A stretch of DNA of 50,640 nucleotides from Macrostomum lignano (lineage: Eukaryota), in NCBI GenBank assembly GCA_002269645.1, contig NIVC01004321.1:1-50640 (forward strand), read 5' to 3'. Made by a program: the position numbers and the translations under genes. Positions 35,101-50,640 of this stretch are shown here, in pieces (positions within the stretch are counted from its first letter, which is position 1; each line of letters starts with the position of its first letter). Under the pieces are notes generated by a model. That model was not told where the DNA came from. It did no database searches and saw only the letters and a list, made by a program, of their open reading frames with translations.

Positions 35101-36321
35101 GTAGTACCTACGGAAGCTTGAAAATGATTAATTCATTCTAACAAGAGGGCGCGAATTGCATGTGGGTGTACCATTGAAATTATATTCGCATAGAGAGATG
35201 ACGTCACTCACCTCCAGCCTCTGAACTGGATCATCTGACCTCGCCGCTTGGAACAGCAGCTTCGAGTACTCTAAATATTCGGTGACACGCTGCAGAAACG
35301 ACAGCGGCTCATTGAAGCTGATTGGCATGGCTATCCTAGTGAGCTCCTTGCCTATGCAGTTCTTCATGAACTCCCAGAAGCTGAAACCGGTGCGCGGCTT
35401 CATCTCCACTGGCAGCTGGGACCTGTCAGCAAGATATGGTAGGCTTTGGTAGCTGCTGGGCCAGCCTCCCAGATCCTCAGTAACTGGGCCAGCCTCCCAG
35501 ATCCTCAGTTGCTGGGCCAGCCTCCCAGATACTCAGTAACTGGGCCAGCCTCCCAGATCCTCAGTTTCTGTGGCCAGCCTCCCAGATCCTGAGTTGCTGG
35601 GCCACCAGCCTCCCAGATACTCAGTTGCTGGGCCAGCCTCCCAGATCCTCAGTTGCTGGGCCACCAGCCTCCCAGATCCTCAGTTGCTGGGTCAGCCTAC
35701 CAAATCCTCAGTTGCTGGGCCAGCCTCCCAGATCCTCAGTTGTTGGGCCAGCCTCCCAGATCCTCAGTTGCTGGGCCACCAGCCTCCCAGATCCTCAGTT
35801 GCTGGGTCAGCCTACCAAATCCTCAGTTGCTGGGCAAGCTTTTCAGATCTTCAGTTGCTGCTGCTGGACAGTTTTCCAAATTTTCAGACTAAGTTGTCAC
35901 CCTTCTTAGCCAGATACACTCATATGTTTAGCTAGAAAAGCTTATCAACACAGGAAGCTCAATTAACAGTTAAGGCAATCTATTAAAATAGTGACAAATA
36001 TTTCTCATAATATTGAAACATAAGCACAAGCAATAGATAAAGGCGACAGCGCCAGAACCACGCGCCGATAGGTCTGTTTGTTTTCCTAGCTCAAGTAAAA
36101 CAAAATACACACATTAGCCACCCAACTATGCTTATGTTCAGTCACAAGTGTATAGAGTTGTCCAACAGACAAATTTCACTTTAGCGCAGAGCTTACCGAA
36201 TCTGATGCCGCGAGTCGCTACTAAAAGTAGCAACAGAGCTGTCGTTCGCTTCTTCAACATCTCTGGATTTGTTGCTGGCGGGCGATTTTGAATTTGAAGC
36301 ATTCGGACCGGTGCTAGCCAT
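31428..36321 (-). CDS. OSBPL2: Oxysterol-binding protein-related protein (ORP1S/ORP2-like, ORD only), 496 aa
   Basis: Exons 36321-36197, 35422-35212, 34949-34852, 33621-33357, 32904-32735, 32382-32127, 31793-31428 (1491 nt, phases consistent). Motifs MPISFNEPLSFLQR, KPFNPLQGETYE, CEQVSHHPP, VHNILFGKLWVEH, LPPTDSRRRPD, AQSEKARLEEKQR. Orthology to OSBPL2 vs OSBPL1A is not resolvable by eye. Confidence 0.88.
31848..32106. repeat. (GACA)n microsatellite in the last OSBP intron
   Basis: Directly visible. Confidence 0.97.
32400..32682. repeat. 23-bp minisatellite (gggataggggcgattcttgaggt) in an OSBP intron
   Basis: Directly visible. Confidence 0.93.
33710..34770. repeat. 28-31-bp minisatellite (cctcccagatccccagttgctgggccag) in an OSBP intron
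   Basis: Directly visible. Confidence 0.93.
35450..35855. repeat. 28-31-bp minisatellite (cctcccagatcctcagttgctgggccag) in OSBP intron 1
   Basis: Directly visible; same family as 33710-34770. Confidence 0.92.
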
Positions 36322-36532
36322 CTAAATAAATCTAATTGCTTAGCGTTGCTTTGACGATGCTTGAAAACAATTGGGACTGGATGCTGCTTGTGTTGTATGG
36401 TTTAAGCTATGTGACAGTGTAATCACTTGATGGGCAGAGCTGAAATAGAAACTTTATTTTTTACCTCTCGAAAAATGAATAAAAACCAAATTTTTAACAA
36501 ACCATCTGGTTTTATAATACTTGGAGACGTAT

Positions 36533-36589
<57 letters not shown>

Positions 36590-36590
36590 C

Positions 36591-36638
<48 letters not shown>

Positions 36639-36710
36639 GGATAGGTAGATAGATAGATGGATAGATAGATAGATAGATAGATGGATAGGTAGATAGATAG
36701 ATAGATAGAC

Positions 36711-36754
<44 letters not shown>

Positions 36755-36804
36755 GGATGGATAGATAGATAGATAGATGGATGGATAGATAGATAGATAG
36801 ATAT

Positions 36805-36842
<38 letters not shown>

Positions 36843-36843
36843 C

Positions 36844-36881
<38 letters not shown>

Positions 36882-36882
36882 C

Positions 36883-36913
<31 letters not shown>

Positions 36914-36947
36914 CAGATAGATAGATAGATAAATAGATAGATAGATG

Positions 36948-36994
<47 letters not shown>

Positions 36995-37063
36995 GGATAG
37001 GTAGATAGATAGATGGATAGATAGATAGATAGATAGATAGATGGATAGGTAGATAGATAGATG

Positions 37064-37097
<34 letters not shown>

Positions 37098-37098
37098 C

Positions 37099-37133
<35 letters not shown>

Positions 37134-37167
37134 CAGATAGATAGATAGATAAATAGATAGATAGATG

Positions 37168-37223
<56 letters not shown>

Positions 37224-37227
37224 GATG

Positions 37228-37270
<43 letters not shown>

Positions 37271-37339
37271 GGATAGGTAGATAGATAGATGGATAGATAG
37301 ATAGATAGATAGATAGATGGATAGGTAGATAGATAGATG

Positions 37340-37370
<31 letters not shown>

Positions 37371-37585
37371 GGATAGGTAGATAGATAGATGGATAGATAG
37401 ATAGATAGATAGATAGATGGATAGGTAGATAGATAGATAGATAGATGGATAGATTAATAGATAGATAGACAGATAGATAGATGGATAGATAGATAGACAG
37501 ACAGATAGATGGATAGATAGATAGACAGACAGATAGATGGATAGATAGATAGATGGATAGATAGATAGATAGATAGATAGATAGA
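36533..37585. repeat. (GATA)n microsatellite, about 1 kb, with GGAT/GACA/GGTA variants
   Basis: Directly visible. Confidence 0.97.
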
Positions 37586-38084
37586 AATTACTACAATGCA
37601 ATAGAATACGAAATTATCCAAACTGAGGAACAGCAAAGGCTCAGTTAATAATGCATAGCAACTCAAAAATGGTGTATTTCTGTACTATTGAACTTTCCAG
37701 CCGATTGTGAGAAAAACAGGCCCTGCTTGGACAGACGAAGCTCTCTTCTGTCCAGGAAAGACGTCGTAAGCATAGAAAATACAGGAAAAACATTTCTGCT
37801 ACTAGAAGACAAGCACGTTCGACTAGAAAGCGCTGCCTCTGATTCAACATACTTGCATATGAATGCAAAAACAACAATCAGGTCCTGTTAAAACTAAAAA
37901 AACCAGATGCAACCAGCAAAACGAAATAGAAAAAAATTTAATTGAGAAAAGATAGCAAACCTATTTGCTCAATAATCATCGCACAGGTAGAAAGATTCTA
38001 CGAAGCCTAAGGCTGCAATCTATTCTCTGATGTGTCGCGTAAATAACTTTTGCATAGTTAATGCCTATTGTTTTTTATCCCTAG

Positions 38085-38785
38085 ACACTAAACTACACAA
38101 ACCCTAGACTTCACAAACCCTAAACTTCACAGCCCCAAAACTTCACAGCCCCTAAACTTCACAGACCCTAAACTTCACACACTAAACTTCACAGACCCTA
38201 AACTTCACAAACCCTAAACCTCACAAACTCTAAACTTCACAGACACTAAACTTCACAGACCCTAAACTTCACAAACCCTAAACTACACAGACCCTAAACT
38301 ACACAGACCCTAAACTTCACAGACCCTTAACTTCACAGACCCTAAACTTCACACACTAAACTTCACAGACCCTAAACTTCACAAACCCTAAACCTCACAA
38401 ACTCTAAACTTCACAGACACTAAACTTCACAGACCCTAAACTTCACAAACCCTAAACTACACAGACCCTAAACTACACAGACCCTAAACTTCACAGACCC
38501 TTAACTTCACAGACGCTAAACTTAAGTCACAGACCCTAAACATCAGACCCTAAACTTCACAGACCCTAAACTTCACAGACCCTAAACTTCACAAACCCTA
38601 AACTTCACAGACCCTAAACATCACAGACCCTAAACTTCACCAAACCTAAACTTCACAGACCCTAAACATCAGACCCTAAACTTCACAGACCCTAAACTAC
38701 ACAGACACTAAACTACACAGGCCCTAAACTCCACAGGCCTAAACTACACAGACCCTAAACTACACAGACCCTAAACAACACAGAC
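38085..38785. repeat. 17-bp minisatellite (aaacttcacagacccta) just downstream of ChaC
   Basis: Directly visible. Confidence 0.93.
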
Positions 38786-38833
38786 CGTAAATTTAGGACT
38801 TATAAAAAGGACAGGCAACATTCTGATTTTAGT

Positions 38834-41141
38834 TCAACGTGTTGCCGATGAGCCATTGTGCTTGCCCAGCAGAAGCAGCACAGCCGCCTCAACCTCGGCC
38901 AGATGAGGGTCCAGAGCATCTGGGGCGCCGATATCGCGCATAGCAGCAGCCAGTCGCAGCACATAATCTGTATTGGGACCGCTGGCTCCCGAAGCGATTG
39001 CAACTCGTTCAGCAATGCTTGGCACAGTCTGGGGCCCTAAATAGTGCCGCTCGCCGCTATTAACATACACACTGGCGGCTAGCGGCTGGCCGGGCCGGTC
39101 AGCAGGGTAGAATTGAATTGGCAGCATTCCGTAACCGGCTTTCTCGCGTTCGTCCAGGTGGCTGCGGACCCGCGCCACTTCGTCCTCTGCCAGCCGGTAG
39201 GCGGCACCCCAGACTCGCTCGCCCGGACTCGGCACCAGAGTCACTGTGCGGCCCGGCTGCCAGGTGAAATAGGCACGCTTAATATTCTTAATACTCCAGG
39301 TATTCATCCCTTAATTAGTGATCCAATCATCCAGGTATTAATTCCTAATCAGTGATCCAACCATCCAGGTATTAATTCCTAATCAGTGATCCAATCATCC
39401 AGGTATTAATGCCTTAATTAGTGATCCGATCATCCAGGTATTAATCCCTAATCAGTGATCCTATTATCCAGGTATTAATCCCTAATCAGTGATCCAATCA
39501 TCCAGGTATTATCCATAATCAGTGATCCAATCATCCAGGTATCAATCCCTTAATTAGTGATCCAATCATCCAGGTATTAATCCCTTAATTAGTGATCCAA
39601 TCATCCAGGTATTAATCCCTTAATTAGTGATCCAATCATCCAGGTATTAATCCCTTAATTAGTGATCCAATCATCCAGGTATTAATCCCTTAATTAGTGA
39701 TCCAATCATCCAGGTATTAATCCCTTAATCAGTGATCCAATCATCCAAGGTATTAATCCCTAATCAGTGATCCTATTATCCAGGTATTAATCCCTTAATT
39801 AGTGATCCCATCATCCAGGTATTAATCCCTTAATTAGTGATCCATCATCCAGGTATTAATCCCTTAATTAGTGATCCCATCATCCAGGTATTAATTAATC
39901 CCTAATCAGTAATTCAATCATCCAGGTATTAACCCCTTATCAGTGATCCAATCATCCAGGTATTAATCCCTAATCAGTGATCCTATTATCCAAGGTATTA
40001 ATCCCTAATCAGTGATCCTATTATCCAGGTATTAATCCCTTAATTAGTGATCCCATCATCCAGGTATTAATCCCTTAATTAGTGATCCAATCATCCAGGT
40101 ATTAATCCCTTAATTAGTGATCCCATCATCCAGGTATTAATTAATCCCTAATCAGTAATTCAATCATCCAGGTATTAATCCCTTATTAGTGATCCAATCA
40201 TCCAGGTATTAATCCCTAATCAGTGATCCTATTATCCAAGGTATTAATCCCTAATCAGTGATTCTTTTATTCTAGTATTAATCCCTAATTAGATGTCCCA
40301 TCATCCAAGGTATTAATCCCTAATTAGTGACCCTATAATCCAAGGTATTAATCCCTAATCAGTGATCCTATTATCCAGGTATTAATCCCTTAATTAGTGA
40401 TCCCATCATCCAGGTATTAATCCCTTAATTAGTGATCCCATCATCCAGGTATTAATCCCTTAATTAGTGATCCCATCATCCAGGTATTAATTAATCCCTA
40501 ATCAGTAATTCAATCATCCAGGTATTAACCCCTTATCAGTGATCCAATCATCCAGGTATTAATCCCTAATCAGTGATCCTATTATCCAAGGTATTAATCC
40601 CTAATCAGTGATCCTATTATCCAGGTATTAATCCCTTAATTAGTGATCCCATCATCCATATTAATCCCTTAATTAGTGATCCATCATCCAGGTATTAATC
40701 CAATTAGTGATATTCCAATCCCTAATCAGTGAACAGTGATCCTATTATCCAAGGTATTAATCCCTAATCAGTGACACTACAATCTAAGGTATTAATTTGC
40801 TAATTAGTGACACGATAATCCAATGTATTAATCCCTAATTCGAAATCCCATCCTCCAGGTATAATAAATCCCTAATTAGAGATCCCATCCTCTAGATATG
40901 AATACCTAGTTAGAGATTAGGGATATATTGGTATCATTAAAGCAGTGCAGAAGATACAAACTGAAAATGAAAATGAAACAGAAAATACTAAATCCAAATA
41001 ACTTACCAAATCAGGAGTTCCTCTATGGTCAGGACTGGACTGCCAGAATCTTCTGGCATAGTCAAGTACATAGCCATACAGCTTCTCTTCATATGGAAAA
41101 TCTGCTTTCCACACCAGAGACCCATAGCCAAATATCCACAT
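38834..41141 (-). CDS. CHAC2: ChaC2-like glutathione-specific gamma-glutamylcyclotransferase, 185 aa
   Basis: Exon 41141-41007 (135 nt: [17 protein letters not shown]...[16 protein letters not shown]) and exon 39256-38834 (PGRTVTLV...VWGAAY...LDEREKAGY...[16 protein letters not shown]...); GT-AG, phase 0. Confidence 0.92.
39285..40920. repeat. About 35-bp minisatellite (atccaggtattaatcccttaattagtgatccaatc) filling most of the ChaC intron
   Basis: Directly visible. Confidence 0.95.
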
Positions 41142-44100
41142 TCTGGACCACTAAAAGTATCCAATAAAGTAGAAATTTATTTGAAAACTAACTATTATTT
41201 TCTTTTTAGAGCAACTATAAGATTCAAAAAGATAATAAAATATATGCTTAAGTTTTATGCCATAAATATAGCTATGGCAATAGGATACTATGGCAGTCTA
41301 TAATATAGTTGACAGTCATTTTGTCTGCCAACAAAATATTAAAAATGATATCAGTTTTCATGTGTATATAATATTAAAAGGAAATATCTGGATTGTATAT
41401 CTTTAAAATACTTTAAAGTAAAGATAACAAAATCATTTTAAAAAAGAACAATTGTATCTAAAAATATTATTACCCAAAAGACCCAACCAAATGTGGACTT
41501 GACCTATATACTAATGTTTTGTTTATTATGAATAAACTCTGCAACAGGACAGCAAATGTGTTATCTAGAGCCCAACTGGGATCCCAATCCCAATCCCAAC
41601 TTGGTTGGGACCTGCGTGTTTTTTTCAGATTCCTGACCATGTTGGGAATAAGTGTCAGGAGTTAGGTGGGATTAATAAAAAGTTTTTACATTTTAAGTAT
41701 ACCAAATTGATTTGTTTATTTAGTTTGAGGTTCTTTTGATTTCCTAGAATATGTTTATGTAAATGAATCAATTAACTTATTCAAACAAAGTGATTGAAAA
41801 ACACAATTTTATGCTCAAGGTGTTATTTGATCATCTATAATTATGAGAAAAATCAACAAAATGAAAAATATAAAGTTTTGTGCAAAAAATATGACAATAG
41901 TCAAATAGAGCAAGGTTGAGACTTGAAATTCACTACACATGTAACTACCAAATTTGAATCATTCTACTCAATTGCTCAACAAAACTTGACTTGAATAGCC
42001 TACTCAGCTTGAACTCCCAAGGTTTGGTCAAGTACTCGACTTGACCAAAACCTGAGTTTGTCTGGGCTCTATGCTTTAGTAGTACCAACTTATACTAAAC
42101 TACAACTTAGGCTAATATAGTAGTGGTAATATCACCTACATTAGATAGGGCCTACTAATAAGAATTAATAAATGTGCCTACTGGCCTATCTATATATTAT
42201 AGTAATAAATGCACCATTAGCTATCATATACCTAGTTAATAAGCCTGGATGCTGATGGTAGACCTTGATCCCAATCCTAACCAATCCTAAGTCCCAACTT
42301 TTTGAATTCAATCCTATCCAATCAGATTTTTCCTATCCCAGTTGGGCTCTAGTGTTATCACCATTGGATAGGGGTAGGGGTAGGCCAAGGATCACAATAG
42401 CCAGCCAATCACAATCATGTTCAACTACAAACTACTCTGCTTTCTGATTCCCTAACTGTCTAAAGCACAAAACTTTTTTCAATGGATATTTAAATTAAAT
42501 ATAAAGCTTCTTTGAAATGTTGCAATAAACAAAACTATATATACAAAAAAGACATCTCACAATAACTCTTTGCATGACTTGCAATATCTCATTATAAAAA
42601 AAGCTTTATAAGCTATATAGCTATACTTTACTTTTTCTTTTTAGAAAGTTGTTTTGTCTACCGGTAGACAAAATGATAATGCACTTATATAATATAGATA
42701 GTAGATATAAGCATGCCTACAAAGAATTACTTTAAATTATAGCTTCAAATATGGAAATAGTCATACAATTAGGCCTAGTTTTATTTTTTTATAGAAAAAA
42801 ACAAAAGCGAACAAATTTACATTAAAATGATAAAATAGATCAATAGGATGAAAATAACTAGTTAACAATAATTAGTGTAATTAGTGTAAACTCTTGCCTA
42901 TTTATTGCTTTGCTAGGCCTATTATTATGAATATAGCTATGATATACTATGACAAATATAATAAAACATCAGCATTTTTCTTTTAAAAAAAAACATTTTT
43001 TCAATCTATTTAATGTAGCAAGTATATAATTTAATGCCGATTGGCAGAAACCATGCCAACTATTATCAAAGTTTTGGCTATAGATAACAATCAATTTAAT
43101 AGTTTAGAGTAAAACTTATTATTGTTTTAAAGGGAGAGCTTAGTTTAGTTTATGATTTCAATGCTTTAATGTTGCATAGATAAAAATGAAAATAATTTTA
43201 CAATATATTGCGATAGGCCTAAGTAGTACTTATTTCTAGAATGATAAAACAATTTGGAGCAATATGCAACCAACTAGAGTAGAGTCTTAAAATACTTCTA
43301 TTCTATCCCCTTTAAAAGCATTAAATTGTTGCTCTAACAATTAAATTGGTTGTTAGGCCTATCGATGTCCAAGAATTAGTAGCAGTTTACTGCAAGCTGC
43401 AGCTGCTATAGGTCTATGTATATATAGTTTTTTGACTTGCATATTATTAAGTAGACTAGATCAAAAATACTATAATATAAAATAATAGCAGCTAAAAACA
43501 CAAAAAGCTGTTTTTATATTGCAGCTTGAGCTAAAGAAATATATTAATTTAAAAGCCATAGTTTGCCTATACTCTAAGTATACCTATAGCCAAAACCCAA
43601 TTATTATTCATTACAGTTACGTTAGCTATAATAATTCATTTCTTAAAATTCAACTCATTTCAATGTCAAATGCTAGTTTTGCTTGAACTAAAGCTACTTG
43701 GTTTAATTAACTGTATTCAGTTTGAAAATGACTCAGAGCCCCAAACTAATAAAATGCGTTAGTAGTCTTGCCTTCCACTGTTTTGTAGGCCTATGGCTAT
43801 AGCCTATAATTAATTTATTTTTTGTTAGTTGTTAAATAATTCATTCAACTTAGATTTTCTCCGAAACGAAATATTTAAATAATTGTCATTCACGAAAACT
43901 TACGATGTCACGAGCAAACTAACCTGCAGAGCTCAAATGTGCTTGTTGTCGTCTGTATACGGGTACATATGGATAGTTGATGCCTTCAATGCCAAAGGCA
44001 ATTTTTTTATTTCGTAATCAGTCTATACTTTAAAAAGTACTTGCGAAGCATGCTACTTATGGCTGTCGTCTGTACTATTTTGACCCTGCAGGGCCAGGCG

Positions 44101-46799
44101 GTATGCAACCAGGCGGTATGGCTGGTATGCAAACCAGCCATAATACATGTACATGTGTCTGTAATTGAGTGGCTGCGGCTAGAATCACAGGATTTAGATT
44201 TAATTATAGTACTTTTAGTGAGACTAAAGTGTCTTTAACAACGCCTAATGACACTATTCATAAAATATAAGAGCACGCAAACCCTTTTTCCTTTGCTTTT
44301 ACATGTAATTTTAATTTTAGGACCAAAAATTTGAACCGAAAAATTCATGAAAAGTGAATTATGAAACGATTCGATCCAGTAATTATTTTTTATTCACGAA
44401 TTTTGTAGAATCGAGCTTGTTAGAGGATCATATAGTTATTAAATTGGATACGTCTCAGGGCATTATTAAAAATACAATAACGTAAAAATAACGTAATTAA
44501 AAATTACTTTATTATATTATAGAGACGTCGCGTAATGCAAAAGTATAACTTCCTTGTTTATCAATGCCGCATGACGTCGAAGCGGCTGACGATGTTTTCT
44601 TCGAAATACGTGTCGATTTGTTGTTAGCTGTAATGTACAACAAAGTAAAGCAATTAACCATGAGCAAACGTACTAGATCTAAAATTAAATTGTTAACGTT
44701 TTATTTAATGCACGCGGTTTTGCCGTTAAACTATACATGTAATGTACATGTAGAGCGCACGATATAGCATATAAATTAAAATATTATTTTATTATGTAAG
44801 CTACTATACTCTTACTCATGTAATAAACATTTTACGTGCTAAACATACATTCTGCAGTGTACTGTACGACGTACAGTACATACGAGTAATAAAAGTATTT
44901 TAATTGCCTGTAGTTGATCAATACTGGATAACTTACAGTGTACAGAATTTCAGTGGCTTTCCTTTTCTAGCAGAATCAGGCTGTGGTGCCCATTTATAGC
45001 TTTTCAAAATAACAAATTTGCTCCTGCTCCAAAATGGTTCTGCGTGTTCCTGCATACATGTAACATATGTACGCACTGTGGGAAAGTTGAATTTACAAGT
45101 AGAGTTCTGCGTGTATACAGTGAATTTTCTGTTCTGTTCGCATATAAAGACAACATGAAGTGAGTTGTATAGAATTGTTGTTTGAGTGAAACCAGATACC
45201 AAAGATGATTTAGGACCCCTAGCTGCAAAACTATAAGATGCAGCATGCAGCGTGCGCAGCATTTGCTACAATAAGTGTTGATTCGTAACAACGTTAACAG
45301 AACTAACAGAAACCAGAAACCTTATATATGCGAAGCAAATTCGATATGGTCTCCCCAAAAATAGTTCCCTTTAGCCGGCAGAACTTTTCGTCCATTTTGG
45401 AGGCAACTACATTCACACCACGCGAGGCTCTCAAATTACAATGATTCATATATGCCTTTTGCGCTGCCGCAAGCTTGTATACTCGTAATATAGCTATTAC
45501 TATATAATAACTGATAGGTACTATAGCTGAGATGATGGCAGCTGGATGGCGGGGTGGGACTTGCTCACCTCAAAGAACTCAGCCTGCACTCAAACAGAAT
45601 TTTTATACACCCAGAATATAGGGCACATGTGCCGTATAGCATTTAATATTAGCGATAAGAGTTCTGCAGCCCACACTGCGGTGCATATTCTACTCATATT
45701 CTCTACTTGAATTTCTTCTGTCCTCTTCGCCATGCAACCAAAGCAGCACGCTACTTCATTCATTCATTCATTCATTCATAATTGCCCCGACTCCATTCAG
45801 CTCACTCTGCTCTGCAGTTCCAAATAATAGCCCTGGCTGAGGGGGCGGGGTTGGCCGCCGCAGCCCCCCCTTCCCCAGCAAAAGAAGCTTGGCTCTCGAT
45901 CGGCTGCTGCTGGGTAAGAAAATCGTCGCTGCCAGCGCTCTCTGAGTGGCCGCGGCTGCCTTTTTTTGAACGCTGTAAGAAAAGGAACTAGGAGAGCAGA
46001 AAAACGTGTAATTTGGTCGACAGAGGCTGGCTAGCGCCTTTTCTTTACAATATTATATTCGGTAATTAAGGAGCAATCGGCAACACGCAACTGCTGCGCG
46101 TCCCAGTTCAAGCGAACGGCCGACGTCGCAGCTGAGAGAGAAAGAGAGAGAGAGAGGTTCTGCCGAATGTCTACGGCAACAACGTCGAGGTCGACTACGG
46201 GCCTCTGGTGGCGCTGCTGGCTGCAGACTTGCGTGTCTCGGCCCCCAACAGCGGGTAATTGCATTGGCACTGTATTATGCAATATTACAATAATTGTTAG
46301 GATTCGCAGGCTGAATTAAAAAAAAATCGCTTCAAAAGTTTGGAAAGTTATTCACTTCAATAAACAGCTAGTCAAATAATTTTCTCATGAAAACGCAACA
46401 AGTCACAGAAATCATGTGACAGAAGCGCAATTTCCCCTAACAGTCTTCAGTTGCACTTTTTATTGTTTACTCATAATACACTGGAAATACGGAAACCTAT
46501 CATTGTGAAGCATAGAAATGCATAGAAACACTACAAGTTGCTGGCCTGGTTGCTGCATCCAGCAATTTGAAATTGTGCTTACATTGCGAAGAAACATGCG
46601 TGTAGGCGTTGACATAAGCATTCAAAAAAGGCAAAATCCTGATAGGAAAATCTGCAACTGTTCTAAATTAAACATGTTAGACTAGTCTGTTAGTGGTAGG
46701 GCGACACTGCATGGAAGTGGTAGAGTAGGCCAGTACTACCTGGCATGATAAAACTCGGAAGGTCTTGAAAATGATAGGATGAAAGCCCAATTCTGAAGT

Positions 46800-47005
46800 G
46801 GTGAGGTGACACAGTGTTGAGGTGACACAGTGTTGAGATGACACAGTGATGAGGTGACACAGGGGTGAGGTGACACAGTGATGAGGTGACACAGTGGTGA
46901 GGTGACACAGTGGTGAGGTGACACAGTGTTGAGGTGACACAGTTTTGAGGTGACACAGTTTTGAGGTGACACAGTGGTGAGGTGACACAGTGTTGAGGTG
47001 ACAGT
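46800..47005. repeat. 16-bp minisatellite (gaggtgacacagtgtt)
   Basis: Directly visible. Confidence 0.9.
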
Positions 47006-47011
47006 GTTCAG

Positions 47012-50640
<3,629 letters not shown>

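Noticed and set aside
36423-37601. 392-aa YLSI-repeat ORF (also 49013-50519)
   Set aside because: Translation of (GATA)n microsatellites

Overview
Eukaryotic (animal) genomic DNA, not prokaryotic: GT-AG spliced genes with GC-rich exons, introns filled with gene-specific mini/microsatellites, and AT-rich intergenic DNA. The style resembles flatworm assemblies such as Macrostomum (inference only). Four co-directional minus-strand genes could be spliced by hand into open frames: ChaC2-like gamma-glutamylcyclotransferase (2 exons), OSBPL1/2-like oxysterol-binding protein (7 exons), a complete 354-aa G-protein alpha-o subunit (7 exons), and PTGR3/ZADH2-like reductase (3 exons; last exon lies off the left edge). 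A plus-strand Nck/Dock-like SH3-SH2 adaptor runs off the right edge and has several small indels, mostly in homopolymers. Mobile DNA: a non-autonomous hAT (16-bp TIR, 8-bp TSD); a near-intact autonomous hAT-type element with an atypical 5-bp TSD; a Foldback/MULE-type element (about 600-bp arms, 9-bp TSD) just behind the OSBP stop; a TIR-bounded element with no TSD carrying a Crypton-like tyrosine-recombinase fragment; a 5'-truncated LINE with a 13-bp TSD; and an RTE-like LINE with a twin-priming-type 5' inversion. Most long ORFs in the supplied track are translations of tandem repeats.
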